DNA of 64,000 nt from an uncultured Acidobacteriota bacterium (GCA_963804995.1 CAWDSK010000002.1:160001-224000), one strand, 5' to 3'; shown: positions 29,751 to 40,276, counted from the stretch's first letter. Numbers and translations: made by a program. The notes: generated from the sequence alone by a model not told the origin.

Positions 29751-30401
29751 ATGACCGCGATGAAAAGTCAGATACCTACGCAATTAATCGTTGGTTTAGG
29801 GATTCTCCTGGTCGGGGGTGGAATCATCGGGGGCGAGTATTTCCTGGTGAAATGGTTTCCGCGCCACAAATTGGCAGTGAAGGAAGAAACATTGAAGCTC
29901 GCGCCTTATCAAAATCGCAGCCTGGGTGTCGAGATGCAGGTGGCAGCGGGCTTTAACGACAAAGTGGAATCCTTTCCGGGCGGCGTGCGGATCTACTCTC
30001 CGAGATTCTGGAGTATTGGCTCCTCCATCACGCTCACCTCGCAGCCGAATCCCGATCAAAGCACCGAGTTCACTCCCCAGGTCCTTGCCAAGTGGCAGAC
30101 CGACGGCGTCACGCAGGATCTTCCGCGCTACCACTTTGAGCACTCGCGGATCAACAATCGCGACGCGGTCCTGATCTGGCAGTACAAAGACCGGGCGATG
30201 CTGCTTACGGCGCGATTTATCTCGCCGGACCGTATTGTGGAGGCGGATTGCACGCCCGGCCGGGCCGACGAGGATCTTTTCATGCAAGCTTGTGATGAGA
30301 CCCTGCGAACCATCAAAGTGGCGGGACCGGAGTCTCCACCGCCTGTTGTCCCAGGCGTGATGGAGATTAATCCCGCGGAGCAAACGCCGAAAAAGCATTA
30401 G
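29751..30401 (+). CDS. Hypothetical membrane-anchored protein
   Basis: N-terminal TM helix, plausible soluble domain, fills the selD-argJ gap. Confidence 0.75.
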   Translation: MTAMKSQIPTQLIVGLGILLVGGGIIGGEYFLVKWFPRHKLAVKEETLKLAPYQNRSLGVEMQVAAGFNDKVESFPGGVRIYSPRFWSIGSSITLTSQPNPDQSTEFTPQVLAKWQTDGVTQDLPRYHFEHSRINNRDAVLIWQYKDRAMLLTARFISPDRIVEADCTPGRADEDLFMQACDETLRTIKVAGPESPPPVVPGVMEINPAEQTPKKH

Positions 30402-30561
30402 GGGAGGCGTTTTCTCTTTTTGCCGGAGTCGGCGGGGCTCAACGCCGTAAAGCACGATTCACGGCGCAAAGTCTCTTGAGGGTTCTCGTTTCCAGAAGTG
30501 TGCTTCCTGGAATAGAGTAGATGGCTTTGTCGATTGTGAAGGGAGGTCGCTGGGTTGAGCT

Positions 30562-31782
30562 ATGCCAAAGTGGGAACTCATCGAAGGAAACCTTGCTACG
30601 CCGTTGGGATTTCGCGGCGCCGCAGTTGCAGCGGGAATCAAGCAAAAGCGCGACGCCCTGGATCTCGCCCTGGTTTTTTCGGACGTACCGGAAACAACTT
30701 CGGCTGGGGTCTTTACCACGAATCGGGTTGCGGCAGCTCCGGTCCTGCTCTCGCGGCAGAACCTGATCGAGAGCCGCGGTGGTTGCCGGGCCATCGTGGC
30801 CAATTCCGGAAACGCCAATGCGTGCACAGGACGCGAGGGGCTGCGCACCGCGCAGGAGACCGCGCGCGCCGCCGCCGAACTGTTGGACATTAAGCCGGAA
30901 CAGGTCCTGGTAGCTTCCACGGGTATCATCGGTGTTCCCCTGCCGGCGGAAAAGATTGTGAAGCAACTCCCCAAACTGTGCGGGATGCTCTCCCAGGAGA
31001 ACGCTGCTGGGGCCGCCCAGGCCATCATGACCACCGACACCGTTCAGAAAACCTGTGTGATCCGATCGGAGTCAAAAGGCAAAACCGCGCACATCGCCGG
31101 GATTGCCAAAGGCGCGGGGATGATTCATCCGCACATGGCCACCATGCTCTGCTTCTTGACCACAGATGCGGCCATCGGCCCGCGCATGCTGCAGAACCTG
31201 CTCAGCGCGGCGGTTGAGGATTCCTTCAACCGCGTCACCGTGGACGGCGACACTTCCACCAACGATACCGTCGTAGTTTTGGCCAGTGGCCTTTCGGAGG
31301 TCTCGGTGATTCCCGGGAACGACAGCCGGGGATGGTTTATGGAGGGGATTTCCCAGGTATGCCAGACCCTCGCCCGCATGATTGCTCGCGATGGTGAAGG
31401 GGCCACCAAGCTGGTCACGGTTGATGTTGTCGGGGCGCGAACTCCGCTGGAGGCTGACCGCGCCGCGCGGGCGATTGCCAACTCCCCCCTGGTGAAGACC
31501 GCCATTGCCGGCGCTGACCCCAACTGGGGCCGCATCGCCTGCGCCGCGGGTTACTCGGGCGCAAAATTCGATCCCAACAAAATCGACATTTCCGTGAACA
31601 GTCTGTTCGTTTGCCGTAAAGGCATTGACGCCGGTTTTGACATGGCGGCCGCTCAAAAGGAAATGAGCGGGAAGGAAGTTACGATTCGTGTGGATTTGCA
31701 CGCGGGAAGGTCTTCAGCGCGCATGTGGACTTGTGACTATACGGAAGAATACATCAAGGTTAATACGTCGTTTCGCACCTAA
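30562..31782 (+). CDS. argJ: Ornithine acetyltransferase / N-acetylglutamate synthase
   Basis: NSGNANACTG, AKGAGMIHP.MATML, DGDTSTND, DGEGATK, WTCD. Confidence 0.95.
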   Translation: MPKWELIEGNLATPLGFRGAAVAAGIKQKRDALDLALVFSDVPETTSAGVFTTNRVAAAPVLLSRQNLIESRGGCRAIVANSGNANACTGREGLRTAQETARAAAELLDIKPEQVLVASTGIIGVPLPAEKIVKQLPKLCGMLSQENAAGAAQAIMTTDTVQKTCVIRSESKGKTAHIAGIAKGAGMIHPHMATMLCFLTTDAAIGPRMLQNLLSAAVEDSFNRVTVDGDTSTNDTVVVLASGLSEVSVIPGNDSRGWFMEGISQVCQTLARMIARDGEGATKLVTVDVVGARTPLEADRAARAIANSPLVKTAIAGADPNWGRIACAAGYSGAKFDPNKIDISVNSLFVCRKGIDAGFDMAAAQKEMSGKEVTIRVDLHAGRSSARMWTCDYTEEYIKVNTSFRT

Positions 31783-31837
31783 TACAGCCTTGTCAAGGCT
31801 CCGCGCGTCAATGATAGACGGGCGGGCAGACACCGCC

Positions 31838-32710
31838 TTAGGCGGCGAGGAATGGGCGCAGGAATTCTGCTGAGGCCCGAATCTCCTCCAGGCCGTTCAC
31901 GCCGTCTTCAATTGAAACCCAACCCGTAAAGCCCACTTCCCGCAAGGTGCGGAAGATGTGCGGGTAGTCATTCATCCCTTTACCAATCACACCGTGCGCC
32001 AGAATGGAGGCGTACCCAACGGAATCCTCCGCCGCCTTCAGCTCCTCGAGCGTATGGCCCGGCTTCAGGTGACGGTCGCTCGCGTGCATGGTCACCACGC
32101 GGTGTTTAACTTTCTGGAGCAACTCCAGCGGATCCTCGCCAGCCACGATCGCATTCGAGGGATCAAACTGCACCCCGAACCAGGGCGAATCGATCTGGTT
32201 CACGATCTCCAGGAAAACGTCCTGCTGCTGGGCGAATTCGGGATGGGCCCAGAAGTTGTCTTTGTAATGATTTTCGATGGCGAGCACGACCCCACGCGCG
32301 GAACTGTATTCCACGAGATCGCGAATGCACTCTACCACCCACCGCACTCCCTGCTGGCGCGAAACTTCCGGGCGGCGTTGTCCGGAAAGCACGCGGCAGA
32401 ACTTCCCGCCTAGTCGCACGGTGACGTCCACGACGCGCTTCTCACGCTCCACTTCTTCGCGGCGCTCTTCGGCTCTCGGTCGCGTGAAGTCCGGGGAGTA
32501 GCACATCATGGGCATTGCCAGGTTGTGGACGGTGAGTGCGGCCGAGACCTTTTCGAGGTAGGCCTCCTCGAAACTCTCCAGGAATCCGTCGTAAAGTTCC
32601 AGACCGTCAACCGGCAAATCAGCGGCCATCTCAATCCACTGGAAGATACTCATGGTGCGGTCGCGCACCAGTTCGTCCATATAACATTTGGGGAAGGCCG
32701 CAAGTTTCAT
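31838..32710 (-). CDS. Sugar phosphate isomerase/epimerase (xylose-isomerase-like TIM barrel)
   Basis: LAIENH, FDPSN, MHASD, GWVSIED metal-ligand motifs. Confidence 0.85.
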   Translation of the reverse strand: MKLAAFPKCYMDELVRDRTMSIFQWIEMAADLPVDGLELYDGFLESFEEAYLEKVSAALTVHNLAMPMMCYSPDFTRPRAEERREEVEREKRVVDVTVRLGGKFCRVLSGQRRPEVSRQQGVRWVVECIRDLVEYSSARGVVLAIENHYKDNFWAHPEFAQQQDVFLEIVNQIDSPWFGVQFDPSNAIVAGEDPLELLQKVKHRVVTMHASDRHLKPGHTLEELKAAEDSVGYASILAHGVIGKGMNDYPHIFRTLREVGFTGWVSIEDGVNGLEEIRASAEFLRPFLAA

Positions 32711-33531
32711 TTCAGGATGGCTCCGGGACTTTCCAATTCGATCGGGGCGTTGAAAGGGAGTTGTTCATAATCGATTACGGCGCCGGAAATCAGCTCGTTG
32801 GTAGCGAAGAACAGGGCGGCGTTGGCGATATCTCCGGGCAGCAAGAGGCGGCCGTAGGGGCGCGTCTTCAGCGCGTCCTCCAGCCAGTTTTCGCCTTTGC
32901 CCTCCACCACCGACTGCGTGTAGTGCTCCCCTTCGGTCAGCACCCAGCCGGGATTAATCTGATTCACGCGAATGCAGTATTTCACCAGGTAATTTGACAG
33001 ATTGATCGTGAAGGTCATCAGCCCGCCTTTGGCGGCGGAATAGGCCAGCACCTTCTTCAGCCCGCAATGCGCGTTCACTGAGCCGATGTTAATGATGCAA
33101 CCGCTGCGGCGCTCCTTCATGTGGCGCACGGCCTCCTGGGTGATGAGGAATGGGGCGCGTAGATTGGTCTCCAGGATCTCGTCGAAGAGCTCGCGGGAAG
33201 TGTCCTCAATCGTGCCGCGGTGCACCACACCGGCGTTGTTCACCAGAATGTCGACCCGGCCGAAGCGCTCCAGGGCTTTCCGGACGATGTCGCGGCAGTG
33301 AGCTTCGTCGCGGACGTCACCGGTCACGAGCGCTGCCTGGCTTCCGGCAGCTTCAATCGCCTGTACAGTTTTTTCGCCGCCCGCCCGCTGACTGTCTCTT
33401 CCGTGCACCAGCACCTGTGCACCATGCTCGCCGAGCTTCCGGGCGATTCCAGAGCCGATGCCCTGCGTTGACCCCGTAACAACTGCTACCTGGCCTGTAA
33501 GCGGTCGCTTGCCATCATTAGCCTTATCCAT
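32707..33531 (-). CDS. Short-chain dehydrogenase/reductase
   Basis: TGSTQGIG, NNAG, YSAAK. Confidence 0.9.
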   Translation of the reverse strand: MDKANDGKRPLTGQVAVVTGSTQGIGSGIARKLGEHGAQVLVHGRDSQRAGGEKTVQAIEAAGSQAALVTGDVRDEAHCRDIVRKALERFGRVDILVNNAGVVHRGTIEDTSRELFDEILETNLRAPFLITQEAVRHMKERRSGCIINIGSVNAHCGLKKVLAYSAAKGGLMTFTINLSNYLVKYCIRVNQINPGWVLTEGEHYTQSVVEGKGENWLEDALKTRPYGRLLLPGDIANAALFFATNELISGAVIDYEQLPFNAPIELESPGAILK

Positions 33532-33555
33532 GGGCTCCCCCTGGCGATTCACTCC

Positions 33556-34623
33556 TCACGCTTTTGTTCGTGTAGGAGTCAAGACAGCTTTCACAATTTG
33601 CGCGCTGCCCATTTCCTCAAAACACGCACGCCAATTAGCGAACGGTTCGATCCGGTCCACGATGCGCAGAGGATCGAGCTTCCCTGAGGCGAGCAGCGCG
33701 ATTACTTTTTCCCAGATATGAAAATTGTGGCTAAAGCTCCCCTGGAGTTGCACCGCTTTCTGCACCAGAGGGTCGAGTGAAAAGTTGAGCGGCTGCGGTC
33801 CCCACCCGACTTTGGCGATTTGCCCTCCCGGCCGGACTGCCGCGAGCGCCGTTTTAAGTGAAGCGGAGGCGCCGGCCGCGTCGATCACGACGTCCACTCC
33901 AAACCCGTCTCCCAATCCCCGCAGAACTTCCCGAAGCTGCTCCTCGCCCTCACTCACCGTGGCGTCGACACCCAACGTCTGAGCGGCCTTGAGGCGCGTC
34001 GCGTCTTGCTTCAGCCCCACGACACCCAGCCAGCTTGCCCCCGAAAGGCGCGCCACCTCGAGGCATAGCAAGCCAATCGGTCCCGGGCCCAGGATCAGAA
34101 CGGAATCACCGGGGCGGATTTGGGTCTTCCCGCAGGTGGCGTTGTAAGCCACGCAGCAGGGCTCAGTAAGCGCGGCCTTCTCAAACGATACGGAATCCGG
34201 CAGGTGGTGCAAGCAGCGTGCCGGTACCTTCACCCATTCCGCCATGGCGCCGTCCACGCCGTAACCAAAGCCCCGCCGCTCGGGGCAAAGATTGTATTCA
34301 CCGGTTCGGCAGTAGATGCATTGGCCGCAGATGCGAGCAGCGGTTTCAGAAACTACCCGGTCGCCCTCGCGAAACCCGCGCACTGCCTTGCCCAAGGCTC
34401 CCACTACACCCGTGAACTCGTGCCCCAAGATCACCGGTACATTAACGGGCCAGCTTTGGCTATTATGAAATTGATGAACGTCGCTTCCACAAACTCCCAC
34501 GGCGCGCGTCCCGAGCAGCACCTCGTCTTCGGCCAATTCCCCGGGCTTTGGGACCTCGCGCAATTCTACCGCGCGCTCCTTGATGGCATAGTGAACGATC
34601 GCGGTCATGGAACCAGTCGACAT
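33556..34623 (-). CDS. Zn-dependent (sugar) alcohol dehydrogenase
   Basis: GVCGSD, LGHE, CGQC..CRTG.YNLC, GPGPIG. Confidence 0.92.
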   Translation of the reverse strand: MSTGSMTAIVHYAIKERAVELREVPKPGELAEDEVLLGTRAVGVCGSDVHQFHNSQSWPVNVPVILGHEFTGVVGALGKAVRGFREGDRVVSETAARICGQCIYCRTGEYNLCPERRGFGYGVDGAMAEWVKVPARCLHHLPDSVSFEKAALTEPCCVAYNATCGKTQIRPGDSVLILGPGPIGLLCLEVARLSGASWLGVVGLKQDATRLKAAQTLGVDATVSEGEEQLREVLRGLGDGFGVDVVIDAAGASASLKTALAAVRPGGQIAKVGWGPQPLNFSLDPLVQKAVQLQGSFSHNFHIWEKVIALLASGKLDPLRIVDRIEPFANWRACFEEMGSAQIVKAVLTPTRTKA

Positions 34624-34774
34624 ATGCAATTCCTTCTAGGCTTGACAATCGAAAACCGAAAACGCAAGTCAGGAGTCAGAATGCAATGGACTCTTTTAAG
34701 GCACCAGAGCCCCCCCGCCGCTTGTATCCATTATGCGATTCTGGCTTCTAGCTCCTGACTTCTGATTCCTGTTC

Positions 34775-35477
34775 TCAGCCCCGCAGCTTGGCAATAATCT
34801 CGCGCAGCAATCCTTCCAGGTCGTGCGAGGGAGATTTGAAAGCGTCTGCGTCAACCGTGAGGGGAGCGCCGAGCACTAGATGATAGACGCCGTACTGCGG
34901 CAGTTGCAAGACCTGTTCCACGGAAAGGCCGCCTACCGCTTGCACAGGAATACTGACAGCATTCACGACGGCCCGGAGCTCGTTCGAGCGGGCTGGGCAT
35001 CACTCCACCATGGGCGGCAATCACCGCTGGGTCGCGGCGTTCGTCGTAGCCCACGTGGTGCACAATGTAGTCCACTCCCAGGTCCTGCATCATGCGGGAG
35101 GCGGCGGGCTTATCCTCGCAGCCCAGATCGTCGCCCATGACTTTCACTCCGTAGTCGCGGCCCGCTTTCACCACAACCTTGATGGTCGCCGGATGCGAGC
35201 GCGCCATTACCACGACGTGCGTCGCGCCTGCTTTGGCCATCATTTCGGCCTCCAGGTAGCCCCCGTCCATGGTCTTCAAATCCGCCACCACGGGATAATC
35301 CGGAAACTCACGCCGCAACGCCTGGACCGCGTGCAGGCCCTCTCCCAGAATGAGAGGCGTCCCCGCTTCCAGCCAGTCCACTCCGGCGCGCACGGCTTTG
35401 CGGGCGTGGTCCAGGGCTTCTTCAATGGTGGTCAGGTTGAGCGAAATTTGCACGATGGGTTGAGTAGACATGGTCAT
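34775..35477 (-). CDS. 3-hexulose-6-phosphate synthase / OMP-decarboxylase-fold protein; one-base frameshift at about 34984
   Basis: VDWLEAGTPLI..EG, ADLKTMDGG.LEA, HVGYD; rejoined SPLDELRAVVNAVSIPVQAVGGL. Confidence 0.85.
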
Positions 35478-35738
35478 GGCATCCTCAAGCGATCACGCTG
35501 TTGCCGAAATGCGAAGGAAGAAGGTACCCCACTTTCGCGGATACCTCAATGGTCCTCTGAATAGGTTTGCAGCCAGTGGTGTGTAAAATGTCAGCCATCC
35601 CGGAAATCAATTGTCAGGAGAGGTGCAGTCCTGTAAGCTCGGCCTGCCATAAACCGGCAGCGGGAAGAAGGGCCGCTGGGGCCTCTCTTCGCGCTGAGGT
35701 TTTGTACAGGACCACAGAATCGAGTTGGGAGGTGGACG

Positions 35739-36647
35739 ATGAATCGGCGTGACTTCTCAAAGACTCTTGCCGGGGCGACCCTCGGTACGGCCGCGCTCGC
35801 GGTCGAACCCCTTGCATTTCCTCTGCACTCCGTTGCGGACGGCAGCGTGGTGGAAACGCCCTTCAAGATTTCCGTCATGCTCTGGACGGTTTTCTCCAAA
35901 CTGCCCTTCGAACAACGTCTGGAAAAAGTTGGAGAGGCGGGATACCGGGCCGTCGAGTTGGTGGGTGAGACAGCGAAGTGGACGGAGGAAGATTTTCGCC
36001 GGGCCAACCGCAAGCGCCGCGAGTTGGGCATCACATTCGATGTCACGGCTGGCCTCAAGCACGGTGTTGCTGACCCACGCACGCGGGAGAGTCTGCTCGC
36101 CGATGTCCGCGACCAGTTGAAAGTCATGGAGAAGATCGAGTGCCCCGCGCTGATCATCATGTCGGGTAATGTCGCGCCTGACCTCTCCCCGCAGGCACAG
36201 CACGCAAGTTGTGTGGAAGGCCTGAAGCGCGCGGCGGAACTTGTGGAAGGGAAAGGCGTGACCCTGCTGCTGGAGAATATCGATCTTGAGGAAAACCCGC
36301 AATACTACCTCTGGTCAGTCCCCGAGGCATTCAAGGTCATTGAGGAAGTCAATCATCCTCAGGTCAAATTCCTTTACGATTTTTTCCACGCCCAGATATC
36401 GGGTGGGAACTTGATCGCGAACCTCGAAAAGAACATCAACAAGGTTGGACTGGTTCACATTGCCGATGTCCCCGGTCGCCACGAGCCCGGCACGGGCGAA
36501 ATCAATTACCCCAACATCTACAGGAAGCTTGCCGGGTTGAATTACAACCGCTACGTTGCCATGGAATTCCATCCCACGGGTGACCCGATCAAAATCCTTG
36601 CTGCCGCGCGTGAGGACGCCCTGCACGCTGCGCAAGCCAAGGGTTAG
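35739..36647 (+). CDS. Hydroxypyruvate-isomerase-family TIM barrel with Tat signal
   Basis: MNRRDF, LYDFFHAQI, HIADVPGRHEPGTGEINY. Confidence 0.88.
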   Translation: MNRRDFSKTLAGATLGTAALAVEPLAFPLHSVADGSVVETPFKISVMLWTVFSKLPFEQRLEKVGEAGYRAVELVGETAKWTEEDFRRANRKRRELGITFDVTAGLKHGVADPRTRESLLADVRDQLKVMEKIECPALIIMSGNVAPDLSPQAQHASCVEGLKRAAELVEGKGVTLLLENIDLEENPQYYLWSVPEAFKVIEEVNHPQVKFLYDFFHAQISGGNLIANLEKNINKVGLVHIADVPGRHEPGTGEINYPNIYRKLAGLNYNRYVAMEFHPTGDPIKILAAAREDALHAAQAKG

Positions 36648-36718
36648 GTTTGGACTGTCAGTGGAATAAACTTTATCAGGCGCTTATTGAATCCGGTCAC
36701 GCCACAGGTACTCGCGAT

Positions 36719-37567
36719 TCACGCCAGCTTGGCAAGCCGGGTGGAAACTTCCTTTTTGAAGTTCTCAATGAATCCCAGAATGTACTCGGTGGGATCGAGC
36801 GTCACGTTCACAATCAGGGGAATGAGATCGACGCCGTAAATGATGGCGGTGCTTTCGTCTACGGAGTGTGAAGCGAAGTATGTAGCATTGGCCCTACGCC
36901 TGCCCCAGGTAGCCAGGTCGTAACGCTTGCCACCGCAGATCTGCGAATCGAAAATCCCCACAAGCGATAAGGCCAGATTCTCTCTTTCGTGCACATCGAA
37001 GACGACCTTGTCTTCGTCGTTCAGCCAATCAAGGCTCCGCCACACCTCGCAGCCGTAAAAGTGCGCCGGGCGCGCCTCGCGGGGTAGTTCGCGTAGCGCG
37101 CGGATGGTGCGCAAGGCCACGGAGACATGAGTGTCGTGCTTGTCAGCGAGATTGTGGGTGTAAATCACCTGCGGGCGCGTGGCATCCACAACCTGCTTGA
37201 GGTCAGCAATCACGTGAGCGTTCTTGCTGTCCTTCACTTCGCCGCTTGTGTAATCCAGAAAAACCTGCGCTGCGTATTCACCCACGAACGCAGCCTTCTT
37301 CTGCTCGGCTCGGCGCACCTTCTGCATGTCTTCATCCGTAAAGTGCGCGTAAATGCCCTCGCGCGCGCTGCCCGCTCCATTCGTCACCGTCAGATTCGAA
37401 AAGTGCCGGTCGTCGCGGCCAAAGCATTCCAGGATCCCGTGATAAGCCATGATTTCGGTGTCGTCCTGGTGAGCGCCGATGGCCATGTGTGTGGTGCGAG
37501 CGAACGCCCCTTCCGCTGGCAACCCATCCGGCACGTAAATCTCGGAGGTAGATTTGTAAAGGTTCAT
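36719..37567 (-). CDS. PIG-L/LmbE family deacetylase
   Basis: AHQDD.E and HN..DKHDTH metal motifs. Confidence 0.85.
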   Translation of the reverse strand: MNLYKSTSEIYVPDGLPAEGAFARTTHMAIGAHQDDTEIMAYHGILECFGRDDRHFSNLTVTNGAGSAREGIYAHFTDEDMQKVRRAEQKKAAFVGEYAAQVFLDYTSGEVKDSKNAHVIADLKQVVDATRPQVIYTHNLADKHDTHVSVALRTIRALRELPREARPAHFYGCEVWRSLDWLNDEDKVVFDVHERENLALSLVGIFDSQICGGKRYDLATWGRRRANATYFASHSVDESTAIIYGVDLIPLIVNVTLDPTEYILGFIENFKKEVSTRLAKLA

Positions 37568-37585
37568 GGCTTGGTCTCCTGATAC

Positions 37586-39001
37586 TTATGGGATCATGGG
37601 CAAGCTGGCCGCCGCGACCGCCTGGCCCACCCGGCGGCTTGATTCATCGGGCAGGTTGAGGGCCAGCTTCGCTGCGAGTTCCGGAAACTCCTTCTGCAAC
37701 ACTTGTCGGGCGCCGTTCAGGATAATGCTTCCGCCCTCTCCAGAAGTGACCCGCCCCAGGATGAGCACATGCCGCAGCTCGTAGAAGTCGGCATAATGAG
37801 CGACGCCATAGCCCACGTAGCAGCCGATGGTTTCGAAGATTAACCGCGCGCGCGCGTCGCCTTGGGCAAGCAGTTCCTGCACGGACTTGAGCTTGTCCGC
37901 CAGACCCAGTTTCGAGTCAAGCGTGATGCCCGCCAGGGGCGCGAGCCGAAACACCGCCTGTTGCGAGAAGTAATTGGCGCCCACGCCGCGGTCGCCCGAC
38001 CACTCATCGATGGGGGCGTCGGGATCGTAATCAACCGGACAGAAAGCGAGTTCGTTCAGCCAAGTGGTCAGCTCACCTGTCGGTGTCACGTACCCGCCTG
38101 CCTCGCTCGATCCCAGCGCCACGCCCAGCACTGCGGCGTCGTGCAGCGACATGGCCCCGGCCAGCGCCGTCACTTCGCCATCGTTCACAACGTCAAACGG
38201 GATTCCGCCCCACGCCTGTTTCAAGTCCGTAAACAGATTGCGAATCCTGGTGTCAAACAGGGGTTTGGGGATTCCCCGGTATAGCGAACCTACGCGCGGG
38301 CGGTTATCGATGTACACGCCGGCGGCGCTGCCCCCCACTGCATCGACGCGCGGCAAGTGCTGGGCAGCCGATTCGAGCGCCGCGTTAATCTGGTTGAAGT
38401 GATAGCTGGGATCAGTGGCATTGCGCGGATCCCAAACCACCTCTTCTGTGTAAACCGGTTCGCCATCTTTCACCGCAGCCACTTTGCGATCGCTCGCGCC
38501 CAGATCGAAGCCGATCCGGCAACCTTCCAAGTGTCCACCCAAGCGCACCGCGTCCTCGTGGGGTGGCGGAACCTTCTCGGCTTCGGTGATCTCGACTGTG
38601 AAGGGGTGCTCGTAAATTCCCGCCATAAAATCGGCGTCGAATGCCCGCGCATCTCGAGGCGAGTAAACCTGCCGGATGTATTCGCCGACGCTCGGTGGCC
38701 CTCCGACGATAACGCGCCATCCCCCTCTTTGCCAGAGCAGCATTTTCACAACCCGCTCGGCAAAAGGCAAATTCAGCGCAGCAGACGGCGCGCCTTCCTC
38801 GAAGCATTCGGTTCGGTACACGGAAATCGCTTGGCTGCCGCGCTCCAATCCGATCACCAAAGGAACTGCGTGACCGGAGCTTCGCGCAGAATTCCAGAAT
38901 GAGTGATTTGCTAAAACTGCCGGGGCAAACCCCGGGTGAAGTGGTGGGATAACGCGCGCTACGGCCCTCTTAGAGGAATCTTTCATGTTTGAAGCTCCCA
39001 T
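37586..39001 (-). CDS. ROK family protein with long N-terminal extension
   Basis: IGFDLGASDRK, VVNDGEVTALA, ALGSSEAGG; start could be 38986. Confidence 0.82.
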   Translation of the reverse strand: MGASNMKDSSKRAVARVIPPLHPGFAPAVLANHSFWNSARSSGHAVPLVIGLERGSQAISVYRTECFEEGAPSAALNLPFAERVVKMLLWQRGGWRVIVGGPPSVGEYIRQVYSPRDARAFDADFMAGIYEHPFTVEITEAEKVPPPHEDAVRLGGHLEGCRIGFDLGASDRKVAAVKDGEPVYTEEVVWDPRNATDPSYHFNQINAALESAAQHLPRVDAVGGSAAGVYIDNRPRVGSLYRGIPKPLFDTRIRNLFTDLKQAWGGIPFDVVNDGEVTALAGAMSLHDAAVLGVALGSSEAGGYVTPTGELTTWLNELAFCPVDYDPDAPIDEWSGDRGVGANYFSQQAVFRLAPLAGITLDSKLGLADKLKSVQELLAQGDARARLIFETIGCYVGYGVAHYADFYELRHVLILGRVTSGEGGSIILNGARQVLQKEFPELAAKLALNLPDESSRRVGQAVAAASLPMIP

Positions 39002-39175
39002 GCTACCGCCAAAAAACGTAAGCAGCCGTAAACATCCGGAACACCATGATAGGAGCGCTGCCCCGCCGGGTCAACGTGGCAAAAAGTCTTACATGGCGGG
39101 AGGGGCATTTCCGGTTGTAGGAGTCTCCCCTGAATCTGGGACAGCCCGGCTGGGAGTGGCTGAAGTGACCGACTC

Positions 39176-39225
39176 ACTTTGCATCACAAAGTACTTGACA
39201 ATAGTTTTCAGCTCCTGTATACACT
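39176..39225 (+). promoter_or_regulatory. Operator palindrome ACTTTG-N5-CAAAGT abutting a sigma70-like promoter
   Basis: ACTTTGCATCACAAAGT 39176..39192; TTGACA 39195..39200; TATACA/TACACT at 39218..39225. Confidence 0.7.
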
Positions 39226-39229
39226 CCCC

Positions 39230-39844
39230 ATGCCCTGTGCCGGCACAGTTCGGACTCGTCACTCGCGGCCCGCCCCGCAGCACGCCCATGCCATTGAGGA
39301 CCTCCGCTTCATTCGCGAGACCATGGAGAACGCCGCATCTTTCACCGCCGTCCCCGGATGGGGTGGTGTGGCGATGGGCGTGACGGCGCTTGCGACGGCC
39401 GCCGTTGCCCCTCAACCCGCGCGCTCCCAGGCGTGGCTGATCACCTGGTTGCTGGCTGCCGTGGGCGCTTTTGCTTTGGGCGCCCTGGCCATTTATTGGA
39501 AAGCGCGACGAGCGGGCACGCCGGTGCTTACGCGCCCTGGCCGCAAATTCGTTCTCAGCTTGTTTCCGCCGCTGCTGGCCGGGGCCATCCTCTCCCTTGC
39601 CCTTTTCGGAGCGGGAATGACGCGCCTGCTGCCGGGCGTCTGGCTGCTGCTTTACGGCGCCGGCATCATGTCGGCAGGAACTTTTTCCATCCGCGTGGTT
39701 CCGGTGATGGGCATGTGCTTTGTGCTGGCGGGCGCTGCCACCGTGTTCTGCCCCGCAGCCTGGGGCAATCTGATCATGGCGGCAGGATTCGGGGGGCTGC
39801 ACATTCTTTTCGGAGCAATTATCGCAAGGAGGTACGGTGGCTAG
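39230..39844 (+). CDS. Multi-pass membrane protein
   Basis: EDLRFIRETME then about 6 hydrophobic segments ending GFGGLHILFG. Confidence 0.85.
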   Translation: MPCAGTVRTRHSRPAPQHAHAIEDLRFIRETMENAASFTAVPGWGGVAMGVTALATAAVAPQPARSQAWLITWLLAAVGAFALGALAIYWKARRAGTPVLTRPGRKFVLSLFPPLLAGAILSLALFGAGMTRLLPGVWLLLYGAGIMSAGTFSIRVVPVMGMCFVLAGAATVFCPAAWGNLIMAAGFGGLHILFGAIIARRYGG

Positions 39845-40229
39845 ATCGAACGCCCTCGCTGGGCACAGGTCAGGAGAAACTCGCCGCATGACGCGGGGTG
39901 GGCAGGTGGAACGCAAGGTATCGCCGGCCACCGCCGCGCCCGAGCTCGACCGCCTGATCCACGAGCGCATCCGCTTGGGAATTGTTAGCGCGCTGGCCGC
40001 GAATGAATCCCTGAGCTTCAACGATTTGAAGAAGCTGTTGCAGACGACCGACGGCAACCTCAGCGTCCATGCGCGCAAGCTCGAGGAAGCGAAATACATT
40101 GTTTGCGCGAAATACTTTGAAGGCCGGCTTCCGAAGACCGTATACCGCTTGACGACGAGTGGGCGGCAGGCGCTGGAGAGCTATCTGGATCAGATGGAAG
40201 CTCTGATTCACTCCATGCGCGGACGCTGA
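39837..40229 (+). CDS. Winged-helix transcriptional regulator (ArsR/MarR-like)
   Basis: LDRLIHERIRLGIVSAL, TDGNLSVH.RKLEEA.Y, PKT.YRLT..GR.AL..YL. Confidence 0.9.
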   Translation: MARSNALAGHRSGETRRMTRGGQVERKVSPATAAPELDRLIHERIRLGIVSALAANESLSFNDLKKLLQTTDGNLSVHARKLEEAKYIVCAKYFEGRLPKTVYRLTTSGRQALESYLDQMEALIHSMRGR

Positions 40230-40255
40230 CTTGCGGGGCAAATTTTTTTGCCTTT

Positions 40256-40276
40256 GTGCTTTGCGTTGCAAAGTAC
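40256..40276. promoter_or_regulatory. Second copy of the operator palindrome
   Basis: GTGCTTTGCGTTGCAAAGTAC, same CTTTG-N5-CAAAG core, upstream of uppS. Confidence 0.7.

Noticed and set aside
34667..34775. Short imperfect 7-mer-like repeats in inverted arrangement (AGTCAGGAGTCAGA / CTCCTGACTTCTGA)
   Set aside because: Short and degenerate; probably another small intergenic repeat
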